64,000 bases of DNA, from positions 124,001-188,000 of the forward strand of contig JBNRSN020000194.1 in assembly GCA_051313645.2 (NCBI GenBank), written 5' to 3'. A program made the translations under genes and the position numbers. The DNA is from Centroscyllium fabricii. Taxonomy: Eukaryota. A model generated the notes under the pieces. The model was not told the origin of the DNA, did not search any database, and worked only from the letters and a program-made list of their open reading frames with translations. Below, piece by piece: positions 27,930-41,000 of this stretch; position 1 is the first letter of the stretch; each line of letters starts with the position of its first letter.

Positions 27930-30900
27930 AGAGCATCCGCCCCTGACTGAGAATACTCAGAGCACCCGCCCCTGAATGAGAATACTCGGTGCACCCACCG
28001 CAGACTGAGAATACTCGGAGCACCCGCCCCTGAATGAGAATTCTCGGAGCACCCGCCCCTGACTGAGAATACTCTGAGCACTCACCCCGACTGAGAATAA
28101 CCGGAGCACCCACCCCCCTGACTGAGAATACTCGGAGCACCCGCCACTGTCTGAGAATTCTCGGTGCACTCGCCCCTCACTCAGAATATTCGGAGCACAC
28201 ACCCCTGACTGAGGATACTCGGAGCACTCGCCCCTGACTGAGAATACTGGGAGCACACACCCCTTACTGAGAATACTCGGATCACACACCCGTGACATAG
28301 AATAATCGGAGCACCCGCCCCGGACTGAGAATACTTGGAGCACCCGCCCCTGACTGAGAATACTCAGAGCACTCGCCCCTGACTGAGTATACTGAGAGCA
28401 CCCGCCCCTGACTGAGAATAGTCAGAGCACCCGCCCCTGACTTAGAATAATCGGAGCACCCGCCCCTGACTGAGAATACTCGGAGCACCCGCCCCTGACT
28501 GCGAATACTCGGAGCACCCGCCCATGACTGGGAAAACTTGGAGTACCCGCCCCTGACTGGGAATACTCAGAGCACACGCCCCTGTCTGAGAATACTCGGG
28601 GCACTCGCCCCTGACTCAGAATACTCTGAGCACGCGCCGCTGACTGAATATACTGAGAGCACCCACCCCTGACTGAGAATACTTGTAGCACCCACCCCTG
28701 ACTGAAAATACTCGGAGCACCTGCCCCTGACTTAGAATACTCGGATCACCCGCCCCTGACTGAGAATACTTGGAGCACCCGCCCATGACTGGGAATAGTT
28801 GGAGTACCCGCCCCTGACTGAGAATACTCAGAGCACTCGCACCTGTCTGAGAATATTCAGGGCACTCGCCCCTGATTCAGAATACTCAGAGCACGCGCCG
28901 CTGACTGAGAATACTGAGAGCACACGCCCCTGACTGAGAATACTCGGAGCACCCGCCCCTGACTGAGAATACTCAGAGCTCCCGCCCCTGACTGAGTATA
29001 CTCGGAGCACCCGCCCCTGACTGAGAATAATCGGAGCACACACCCCAGACTGAGAATATTTGGAGCACCCACCCCTGACTGAGAATATTCAGAGCACTCG
29101 CACCTGACTAAGAATACTGAGAGCGCCCGCCCCTGACTGAGGATACTCCGAGCACCCACCCCTGACTTAGAATACTGAGAGCACCCGCACCTGACTGAGA
29201 ATACTGGGAGCACCCGCCCCTGACTTAGAAAACTCAGAGCATCCGCCCCTGACTGAGAATACTCAGAGCACCCGCCCCTGAAAGAGAATACTCGGAGCAC
29301 CCACCGCAGACTGAGAATACTCGGAGCACCCGCCCCTGAATGAGAATTCTCGGAGCACCCAACCCTGACTAAGGATACTCGGAGCACTCGCCCCTGACTG
29401 AGAATACTGGGAGCACACTCCCCTTACTGAGAATACTCGGATCACACACCCGTGACTTAGAATACTCGGAGCACCCGCCCCTGACTGAGAATACTCAGAG
29501 CACTCGCCCCTGACTGAGTATACTGAGAGCACCCGCTCCTGACTGAGAATACTCAGAGCACGCGCCCCTGACTTAGAATAATCAGAGCACCCGCCCCTGA
29601 CTGAGAATACTCGGAGCACCCGCCCCTGACTATGAATACTGAGAGCACACGCCCCTGAATGAGGATAATCAGAGCACCCACCCCTGACTGAGAATACTGA
29701 GAGCACCCGCACCTGACTGTGAATACTGAGAGCACCCGCCCCTGACTGAGAATACTGAGAGCACCCGCCCCTGACTGAGAATACTGTGAGCACCCGTCCC
29801 TGACTGTGAATACTCGGAGCACCCGCCTCTGACTCAGAATAGTGAGAGCACCAGCCCCTGACTGAGAATAATCGGATCACCCGCTCCTGACTGAGAATAA
29901 TGAGAGCACCCGCCCCTGACTAAGAATACTGAGAGCACCCGCCCCTGACTGAGAATACTCGGAGCACCCACCCCTGACTGAGAATAGTGAGAGCACCCGC
30001 CCCTGACTGATAATACTCGGAGTAACCACCACTGACTGAGAATACTCGGAGTACACACCACTGACTGAGAATACTCAGAGCACTCGCAACTGACTGAAAA
30101 TACTCGGAGTACCCGCCCCTGACTGAGAATACTCAGAGTACCCGCCCCATACCCAGAATACTCAGAGCATCCGCCCCTGACTCAGAATACTCAGAGCACC
30201 CGCCCCTGAATGAGAATACTCGGTGCACCCACCGCAGACTGAGAATACTCGGAGCACCCGCCCCTGAATGAGAATTCTCGGAGCACCCGCCCCTGACTGA
30301 GAATACTCTGAGCACTCACCCTGACTGAGAATAACCGGAGCACCCACCCCCCTGACTGAGAATACTCGGAGCACCCGCCACTGTCTGAGAATTCTCGGTG
30401 CACTCGCCCCTCACTCAGAATATTCGGAGCACACACCCCTGACTGAGGATAGTCGGAGCACTCGCCCCTGACTGAGAATACTGGGAGCACACACCCCTTA
30501 CTGAGAATACTCGGATCACACACCCGTGACATAGAATAATCGGAGCACCCGCCCCGGACTGAGAATACTCGGAGCACCCGCCCCTGACTGAGAATACTGA
30601 GAGCACCCGCCCCTGACTGAGAATACTGTGAGCACCCGTCCCTGACTGTGAATACTCGGAGCACCCGCCTCTGACTCAGAATAGTGAGAGCACCAGCCCC
30701 TGACTGAGAATAATCGGATCACCCGCTCCTGACTGAGAATAATGAGAGCACCCGCCCCTGACTAAGAATACTGAGAGCACCCGCCCCTGACTGAGAATAC
30801 TCGGAGCACCCACCCCTGACTGAGAATAGTGAGAGCACCCGCCCCTGACTGATAATACTCGGAGTAACCACCACTGACTGAGAATACTCGGAGTACACAC

Positions 30901-33340
30901 CACTGACTGAGAATACTCAGAGCACTCGCAACTGACTGAAAATACTCGGAGTACCCGCCCCTGACTGAGAATACTCAGAGTACCCGCCCCATACCCAGAA
31001 TACTCAGAGCATCCGCCCCTGACTCAGAATACTCAGAGCACCCGCCCCTGAATGAGAATACTCGGTGCACCCACCGCAGACTGAGAATACTCGGAGCACC
31101 CGCCCCTGAATGAGAATTCTCGGAGCACCCGCCCCTGACTGAGAATACTCTGAGCACTCACCCTGACTGAGAATAACCGGAGCACCCACCCCCCTGACTG
31201 AGAATACTCGGAGCTCCCGCCACTGTCTGAGAATTCTCGGTGCACTCGCCCCTCACTCAGAATATTCGGAGCACACACCCCTGACTGAGGATAGTCGGAG
31301 CACTCGCCCCTGACTGAGAATACTGGGAGCACACACCCCTTACTGAGAATACTCGGATCACACACCCGTGACATAGAATAATCGGAGCACCCGCCCCGGA
31401 CTGAGAATACTCGGAGCACCCGCCCCTGACTGAGAATACTCAGAGCACTCGCCCCTGACTGAGTATACTGAGAGCACCCGCCCCTGACTGAGAATAGTCA
31501 GAGCACCCGCCCCTGACTTAGAATAATCGGAGCACCCGCCCCTGACTGAGAATACTCGGAGCACCCGCCCCTGACTGAGAATACTCGGAGCACCCGCCCA
31601 TGACTGGGAAAACTTGGAGTACCCGCCCCTGACTGGGAATACTCAGAGCACACGCCCCTGTCTGAGAATACTCGGGGCACTCGCCCCTGACTCAGAATAC
31701 TCTGAGCACGCGCCGCTGACTGAATATACTGAGAGCACCCACCCCTGACTGAGAATACTTGTAGCACCCACCCCTGACTGAAAATACTCGGAGCACCTGC
31801 CCCTGACTTAGAATACTCGGATCACCCGCCCCTGACTGAGAATACTTGGAGCACCCGCCCATGACTGGGAATAGTTGGAGTACCCGCCCCTGACTGAGAA
31901 TACTCAGAGCACTCGCACCTGTCTGAGAATATTCGGGGCACTCGCCCCTGATTCAGAATACTCAGAGCACGCGCCGCTGACTGAGAATACTGAGAGCACA
32001 CGCCCCTGACTGAGAATACTCGGAGCACCCGCCCCTGACTGATACTACTCGGAGCACCCACCCCTGACTGAGAGTACCTGTTGCACCCGGTGTGACTGAG
32101 AATATTCGGAGCTCCCAAACCTGACTGAGTATACTCGGAGCACCCGCCCCTGACTGAGAATACTCAGAGCTCCCGCCCCTGACTGAGGATACTCGGAGCA
32201 CCCGCCCCTGACTGAGAATAATCGGAGCACACACCCCAGACTGAGAATATTTGGAGCACCCACCCCTGACTGAGAATATTCAGAGCACTCGCACCTGACT
32301 AAGAATACTGAGAGCGCCCGCCCCTGACTGAGGATACTCCGAGCACCCACCCCTGACTTAGAATACTGAGAGCACCCGCACCTGACTGAGAATACTGGGA
32401 GCACCCGCCCCTGACTTAGAAAACTCAGAGCATCCGCCCCTGACTGAGAATACGCAGAGCACCCGCCCCTGAAAGAGAATACTCGGAGCACCCACCGCAG
32501 ACTGAGAATACTCGGAGCACCCGCCCCTGAATGAGAATTCTCGGAGCACCCAACCCTGACTAAGGATACTCGGAGCACTCGCCCCTGACTGAGAATACTG
32601 GGAGCACACACCCCTTACTGAGAATACTCGGATCACACACCCGTGACTTAGAATACTCGGAGCACCCGCCCCTGACTGAGAATACTCAGAGCACTCGCCC
32701 CTGACTGAGTATACTGAGAGCACCCGCTCCTGACTGAGAATACTCAGAGCACGCGCCCCTGACTTAGAATAATCAGAGCACCCGCCCCTGACTGAGAATA
32801 CTCGGAGCACCCGCCCCTGACTATGAATACTGAGAGCACACGCCCCTGAATGAGGATAATCAGAGCACCCACCCCTGACTGAGAATACTGAGAGCACCCG
32901 CACCTGACTGTGAATACTGAGAGCACCCGCCCCTGACTGAGAATACTGAGAGCACCCGCCCCTGACTGAGAATACTGTGAGCACCCGTCCCTGACTGTGA
33001 ATACTCGGAGCACACGCCTCTGACTCAGAATAGTGAGAGCACCAGCCCCTGACTGAGAATAATCGGATCACCCGCCCCTGACTGAGAATAATGAGAGCAC
33101 CCGCCCCTGACTAAGAATACTGAGAGCACCCGCCCCTGACTGAGAATACTCGGAGCACCCACCCCTGACTGAGAATAGTGAGAGCACCCGCCCCTGACTG
33201 ATAATACTCGGAGTAACCACCACTGACTGAGAATACTCGGAGTACACACCACTGACTGAGAATACTCAGAGCACTCGCACCTGACTGAAAATACTCGGAG
33301 TACCCGCCCCTGACTGAGAATATTCAGAGTACCCGCCCCA
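27930..33340. repeat. Duplicated block at offsets 3076 then about 3191 bp (4-monomer indel between copies)
   Basis: ORF pairs 28282/31358 and 28422/31498 (3076); 29553/32744 and 29834/33025 (3191). Confidence 0.85.
29730..31440. repeat. Tandem duplication, period 842 bp (29 monomers plus 1 bp)
   Basis: ORF pairs 29834/30676 and 30133/30975; CCCCATACCCAGAATA and GCAACTGACTGAAAA markers duplicated. Confidence 0.92.
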
Positions 33341-36300
33341 TACCCAGAATACTGCGAGCACCCGCCCCTGACTCAGAATACTCAGAGCACCCGCCCCTGA
33401 ATGAGAATACTCAGAGCACTCGCCCCTGACTGAGAATACTTGGAGCACACACCCCTGACTGAGAATACTCGGAGCACCTGCCACTGACATAGAATACTCG
33501 GATCACCCGCCCCTGATTGAGAATACTCAGAGTACCCGCCCCTGACTGAGAATACTCAGAGCACCCTCCCCTGACTGAGTATACTGGGAGCACCCGCCCC
33601 TGACTGAGAATACTCGGAGCACCCGGCCCTGACTGAGAATACTCGGAGCACCCGCACCTGACTTAGAATAATCGGAGCACCAGCCCCTGACTGAGGATAC
33701 TCAGAGCACCCTCCCCTGACTGAGAAGAATGAGAGCACCCGCTCCTGACTGAGAATAATGAGAGCACCCGCCCCTGACTGAGAATATTCGGAGCACACAC
33801 CCCTGACTGAGAATTTTCAGAGCACCAGCCCTGACTCTGAATACTCAGAGCAGACACCCCTGACTGAGAATACTCGGAGCACTCGCCCATGACTGAGAAT
33901 ACTGGGACCACACACCCCTGACTGAGAATACTCGGAGCACACACCCCTGACTGAGAATACTTGGAGCACCCGCGCCTGACTGAGAATATTCGGATCACTC
34001 GCCCCTGACTAACAATACTGAGAGCACCCGCCCCTGACTGAGTATACTCAGAGCACCCACCCCTGACTGAGAATACTGAGGGCACCCGCACCTGAATGTG
34101 AATACTGAGAGCACCCGCCCCTGACTCAGAATACTGAGGGCACCCGCCCCTGACTGAAAATACTCAGAGTACCCGCCCCTGACTGAGAATACTCAGAGCA
34201 CCCACCCCTGACTGAGTATACTGGGAGCACCGGCCCTGACTGAGAATACTCGGAGCACCCGGCCCTGACTGAGAATACTCGGAGCACCCGCCCCTGATTT
34301 AGAATAATCGGAGCACCAGCCCCTGACTGAGGATACTCAGAGCACCCACCGCTGACTGAGAATATTGAGAGCACCCGCACCTGACTGAGAATACTGAGAG
34401 CACCCGCCGCTGACTGAGAATACTCGGAGCACACACCCCTGACTGAGAATTCTCAGAGCACCTGCCACTCACTCAGAATATTCGGAGCAGACACCCCTGA
34501 CTGAGAATACTCGGAGCACTCGCCCATGACTGAGAATACTGGGACCACACACCCCTGACTGAGAATACTCGGAGCACACACCCCTGACTGAGAATTCTCA
34601 AAGCACCTGCCCCTGACTCAGAATACTCGGAGCTGACACCCCTGACTGAGAATACTCGGAGCACTCGCCCATGACTGAGAATACTGGGACCACACACCCC
34701 TGACTGAGAATACTCGGAGCACACACCACTGACTGAGAATACTTGGAGCACCCGCGCCTGACTGAGAATATTCGGATCACTCGCCCCTGACTAAGAATAC
34801 TGAGCGCACCCGCCCCTGACTGAGGATACTCAGAGCACCCACCCCAGACTGAGAATACTGAGAGCAACCGCACCTGACTGTGAATACTGAGAGCACCCGC
34901 CCCTGACTGAGAATACTGAGGGCACCCGCCCCTGACTGAGAATACTGAGAGCACCCGCTCCTGACTGAGAATACTGTGAGCACCAGCCCCTGACTGTGAA
35001 TACTCAGAGCACCTGCCTCTGACTGAGAATACTCGGAGCTCCCGCCCCTGACTCAGAATACTGAGAGCACCCGCACCTGACTGAGAATAATCGGATCACC
35101 CGCCCCTGACTGTGAATAATGAGAGCACCCGCCCCTGACTAAGAATACTGAGAACACCCGCCCCTGACTGAGAATACTCGGAGCACCCGCCCCTGACTGA
35201 GAATACTCAGAGCACTCGCCCCTGACTGAGAATACTGAGAGCACCCGCTCCTGACTGAGAATACTGTGAGCACCAGCCCCTGACTGTGAATACTCGGAGC
35301 ACCTGCCTCTGACTGAGAATACTCGGAGCTCCCGCACCTGACTCAGAATACTGAGAGCACCCGCACCTGACTGAGAATAATCGGATCACCCTCCCCTGAC
35401 TGTGAATAATGAGAGCACCCGCCCCTGACTAAGAATACTGAGAGCACCCGCCCCTGACTGAGAATACTCGGAGCACCCGCCCCTGACTGAGAATACTCAG
35501 AGCACTCGCCCCTGACTGAGTATACTGAGAGCACCCGACCCTGACTGAGAATACTCAGAGCACCCGCCCCTGAATTAGAATAATCAGAGCACCCGCCCCT
35601 GACTGAGAATACTCGGAGCACCCGCCCCTGAATATGAAGACTGAGAGCACCCGCCCTTGAATGAGGATAATCAGAGCACCCACCCCTGACTGAGAATACT
35701 GAGAGCACCCGCACCTGACTGTGAATACTGAGAGCACCCGCCCCTGACTGAGAATACTGAGGGCACCCGCCCCTGACTCAGAATACTGAGAGCACCCGCC
35801 CCTGAATGAGAATACTGTGAGCACCCACCCCTGACTGTGAATACTCGGAGCACCCGCCTCTGACTGAGAATACTCGGAGCTCCCGCCCCTGACTCAGAAT
35901 AGTGAGAGCACCAGCCCCTGACTGAGAATAATCGGATCACCCGCCCCTGACTGAGAATAATGAGAGCACCCGCCCCTGACTAAGAATACTGAGAGCACCC
36001 GCCCCTGACTGAGAATACTCGGAGCACCCACCCCTGACTGAGAATAGTGAGAGCACCCGCCCCTGACTGAGAAAACTCGGAATAACCACCACTGACTGAG
36101 AATACTCGGAGTACACACCACTGACTGAGAATACTCAGAGCACTCGCACCTGACTGAAAATACTCGGAGTACCCGCCCCTGACTGAGAATACTCAGAGTA
36201 CCCGCCCCTGACCCAGAATACTGCGAGCACCCGCCCCTGACTCAGAATACTCAGAGCACCCGCCCCTGAATGAGAATACTCAGAGCACTCGCCCCTGACT

Positions 36301-38020
36301 GAGAATACTTGGAGCACACACCCCTGACTGAGAATACTCGGAGCACCTGCCACTGACTTAGAATACTCGGATCACCCGCCCCTGACTGAGAATACTCAGA
36401 GTACCCGCCCCTGACTGAGAATACTCAGAGCACCCTCCCCTGACTGAGTATACTGGGAGCACCCGCCCCTGACTGAGAATACTCGGAGCACCCGGCCCTG
36501 ACTGAGAATAATAGGAGCACCCGCACCTGACTTAGAATAATCGGAGCACCAGCCCCAGACTGAGGATACTCAGAGCACCCTCCCCTGACTGAGAAGAATG
36601 AGAGCACCCGCACCTGACTAAGAATAATGAGAGCACCCGCCGCTGACTGAGAATACTCGGAGCACACACCACTGACTGAGAATTCTCAGAGCACCAGCCC
36701 CTGACTCTGAATACTCAGAGCAGACACCCCTGACTGAGAATACTCGGAGCACTCGCCCATGATTGAGAATACTGGGACCACACACCCCTGACTGAGAATA
36801 CTCGGAGCACACACCCATGACTGAGAATACTTGGAGCACCCGCGCCTGACTGAGAATATTCGGATCACTCGCCCCTGACTAACAATACTGAGAGCACCCG
36901 CCCCTGACTGAGTATACTCAGAGCACCCACCCCTGACTGAGAATACTGAGAGCACCCGCACCTGAATGTGAATACTGAGAGCACCCGCCCCTGACTCAGA
37001 ATACTGAGGGCACCCGCCCCTGACTGAGAATACTCAGAGTACCCGCCGCTGACTGAGAATACTCAGAGCACCCGCCCCTGACTGAGTATACTGGGAGCAC
37101 CCGCCCCGAAAGGAAATACTCGGAGCACCCGGCCCTGACTGAGAATACTCGGAGCAGCCGCCCCTGATTTAGAATAATCGGAGCACCAGCCCCTGACTGA
37201 GGATACTCAGAGCACCCACCACTGACTGAGAATATTGAGAGCACCCGCACCTGACTGAGAATACTGAGAGCACCCGCCGCTGACTGAGAATACTCGGAGC
37301 ACACACCCCTGACTGAGAATTCTCAGAGCACCTGCCCCTCACTCAGAATACTCGGAGCAGACACCCCTGACTGAGAATACTCGGAGCACTCGCCCATGAC
37401 TGAGAATACTGGGACCACACACCCCTGACTGAGAATACTCGGAGCACACACCCCTGACTGAGATTTCTCAAAGCACCTGCCCCTGACACAGAATACTCGG
37501 AGCTGACACCCCTGACTGAGAATACTCGGAGCACTCGCCCATGACTGATAATACTGGGACCACACACCCCTGACTGAGAATACTCGGAGCACACACCCCT
37601 GACTGAGAATACTTGGAGCACCCGCGCCTGACAGAGAATATTCGGATCACTCGCCCCTGAATAAGAATACTGAGAGCACCCGCCCCTGACTGAGGATACT
37701 CAGAGCACCCACCCCAGACTGAGAATACTGAGAGCACCCGCACCTGACTGTGAATACTGAGAGCACCCGCCCCTGACTGAGAATACTGAGGGCACCCGCC
37801 CCTGACTGAGAATACTGAGAGCACCCGCCCCTGACTGAGAATATTGTGAGCACCCGCCCCTGACTGTGAATACTCGGAGCACCTGCCTCTGACTGAGAAT
37901 ACTCGGAGCTCCCGCCACTGACTCAGAATACTGAGAGCACCCGCACCTGACTGAGAATAATCGGATCACCCGCCCCTGACTGAGAATAATGAGAGCACCC
38001 GCCCCTGACTAAGAATACTG
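32990..38020. repeat. Duplicated block at offset 2869-2870 bp (about 99 monomers)
   Basis: ORF pairs 33025/35894, 33556/36425, 34126/36996, 34473/37343 and 34777/37647. Confidence 0.88.
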
Positions 38021-41000
38021 AGAGCACTCGCCCCTGACTGAGAATACTCAGAGCACCCGCCCCTGACTGAGAATAGTGAGAGCACCCATCCCTGACTGAG
38101 AATACTCGGAGTAACCACCACTGACTGAGAATACTCGGAGTACCCACCAATAACTGAGAATAATCAGAGCACTCGCACCTGACTGAAAATACTCAGAGTA
38201 CCCGCCCCTCACTGAGAATACTCGGAGTACCCGCCCCTGACCCAGAATACTGAGAGCACCCGCCCCTGACTCAGAATACTCAGAGCACCAGCCCCTGAAT
38301 GAGAATACTCAGAGCACTCGCCCCTGACGGAGAATACTTGGAGCACACACCCCTGACTGAGAATACTCGGATCACCTGCCCCTGAATTAGAATACTCGGA
38401 TCACCCGCCCCTGACTGAGAATACTCAGAGTTCCCGGCCCTGACTGAGAATACTCAGAGCACCCGCCCCTGACTGAGTATACTCGGAGCACCCGCCCCTG
38501 ACTGAGAATACTCGGAGCACCCGGCCCTGACTGAGAATACTCGGAGCACCCGCACCTGACTTAGAATAATCGGAGCACCAGCCCCTGACTGAGGATACTC
38601 AGGGCACCCACCCCTGACTGAGAATAATGAGAGCACCCGCACCTGACTGAGAATAATGAGAGCACCCGCCGCTGACTGAGAATATTCGGAGCACACACCC
38701 CTGACTGAGAATTCTCAGAGAACCTGCCCCTGACTCAGAATACTCGGAGCAGACACCCCTGACTGAGAATACTCGGAGCACTCGCTCCTGACAGAGAATA
38801 CTCGGAGCACCCGCCGCTGACTTAGAATAATTGGAGCACACGCCCCTGACTGAGAATACTCGGAGCACCCGCCCCTGACTGATACTACTCGGAGCACCCG
38901 CCCCTGACTGAGAATACCTGTTGCACCCGGCGTGACTGAGAATATTCGGAGCTCCCAACCCTGACTGAGTATACTCGGAGCACCAGCCCCTGACTGAGAA
39001 TACTCAGAGCTCCCGCCCCTGACTGAGTATACTCGGAGCACCCGCCCCTGACTGAGAATACTCGGAGCACTCGCCCCTGACTAAGAATACTGAGAGCGCC
39101 CGCCCCTGACTGAGGATACTCCGAGCACCCACCCCTGACTGAGAATACTCGGAGCACACACCCCTGACTGAGAATATTTGGAGCACCCGAACCTGACTGA
39201 GAATATTCGGAGCACTCGCCCAAGACTAAGAATACTGAGAGCGCCCGCCCCTGACTGAGGATACTCCGAGCACCCACCCCTGACTGAGAATACTGAGAGC
39301 ACCCGCACCTGACTGAGAATACTGGGAGCACCTGCCACTGACTTAGAATACTCAGAGCACAAGCCCCTGACTGTGAATACTCAGAGCTCACACACCTGAC
39401 TGAGAATACTCGGGTCACCCGCATCTGAATGAGAATACTTGGTGCACCCGCCCCTGACTGAGAATATTGAGGTCACCCGCACCTGACTGAGAATAGTAAA
39501 GAGCACCCGCCCCTTAATGAGAATACTCAGATCACCCGCCCCTGACTGAGAATACTCAGATAACCCGCCCATGACTGAGAATACTTGGAGTAACGACCCC
39601 TGACTGAGAATATTCGAAGCACTCGCCTCTGACTGAGAATACTCGGAGCACTCGTCCCTGAATTAAAATGTTCGGAGCACCCGCCCCTGACTGGGAATAT
39701 TCGGAGCACACACCCCTGACTGGGAATACTCGGAGTACCTGCCCCTGACTCAGAATACTGAGAGCACCCGCCCCTGACTGAAAATACTTGGAGCACCCGC
39801 ACCTGACTGAGAATACTCAGAGCACTTGCCCCTGACTGAGAATACTGTTTGCACCCACCCCTGACTGAGAATACTCAGAGCACTCGCCTCTGACTGAGAA
39901 TAATCGGAGCACTCGACCCTGACTGAGGATACTCGGAGTACCCGCCCCTGACCCAGAAAACTGAGAGCACCCGCCCCTGACTCAGAATACTCATAGCACC
40001 CGCCACTGAATGAGAATACTCAGATCACTCGCCCCTGACTGAGAATACTTGGAGCACACGCCCCTGACTGAGAATACTCGGAGCACATGCCCCTGACTGA
40101 TACTACTCGGAGCACATGCCCCTGACTGAGAATACCTGTTGCACCCGGCGTGACTGAGAATATTCGGAGCTCCCAACACTGACTGAGAATACTCAGAGCT
40201 CCCGCCCCTGACTGAGTATACTCGGAGCACGCGCCCCTGACTGAGAATACTAGGAGCACACACCCCTGACTGAGAATATTTGGAGCACCCACCCCTGACT
40301 GATAATATTCGGAGCACTCGCCCCAGACTAAGAATACTGAGAGCACCTGCCCCTGACTGAGGATACTCCGAGCACCCACCCCTGACTGAGAATACTGAGA
40401 GCACCCGCACCTGACTGAGAATACTGGGAGCACCCACCCCTGACTTAGAATACACAGTGCACACGCCCCTGACTGTGAATACTCAGAGAACACACTCCTG
40501 ACTGAGAATACTCGGGTCACCCGCATCTGAATGAGAATACTTGGTGCACCCGCCCCTGACTGAGAATATTGAGGTCACCCGCACCTGACTGTGAATAGTA
40601 AAGAGCACCCGCCCCTTAATGAGAATACTCAGAGCACCCGCCCCTGACTGAGAATACTCGGAGCACTCGCCTCTGACTGAGAATACTCGGAGCACTCGCC
40701 CCTGATTGAAAATGTTCGGAGCACCCGCCCCTGACTGAGAATACTCGGAGCACACACCCCTGACTGAGAATACTCGGAGTACCTGCCCCTGACTCAGAAT
40801 ACTGAGAGCACCCGCACCTGACTGAAAATACTTGGAGCACCCGCACCTGACTGAGAATACTCAGAGCACTTGCCCCTGACAGAGAATACTGTTTGCACCC
40901 ACCCCTGACTGAGAATAGTCAGAGCACTCGCCTCTGTCTGAGAATAATCGGAGCACTCGACCCTGACTGAGGATACTCGGAGTACCCGCCCCTGACCCAG

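Noticed and set aside
29730-31440. 842 = 29x29+1 as a meaningful self-similar period
   Set aside because: It is one of many duplication sizes (3, 12, 20, 31, 39, 43, 59, 92, 99, 170 monomers); a numerical coincidence.
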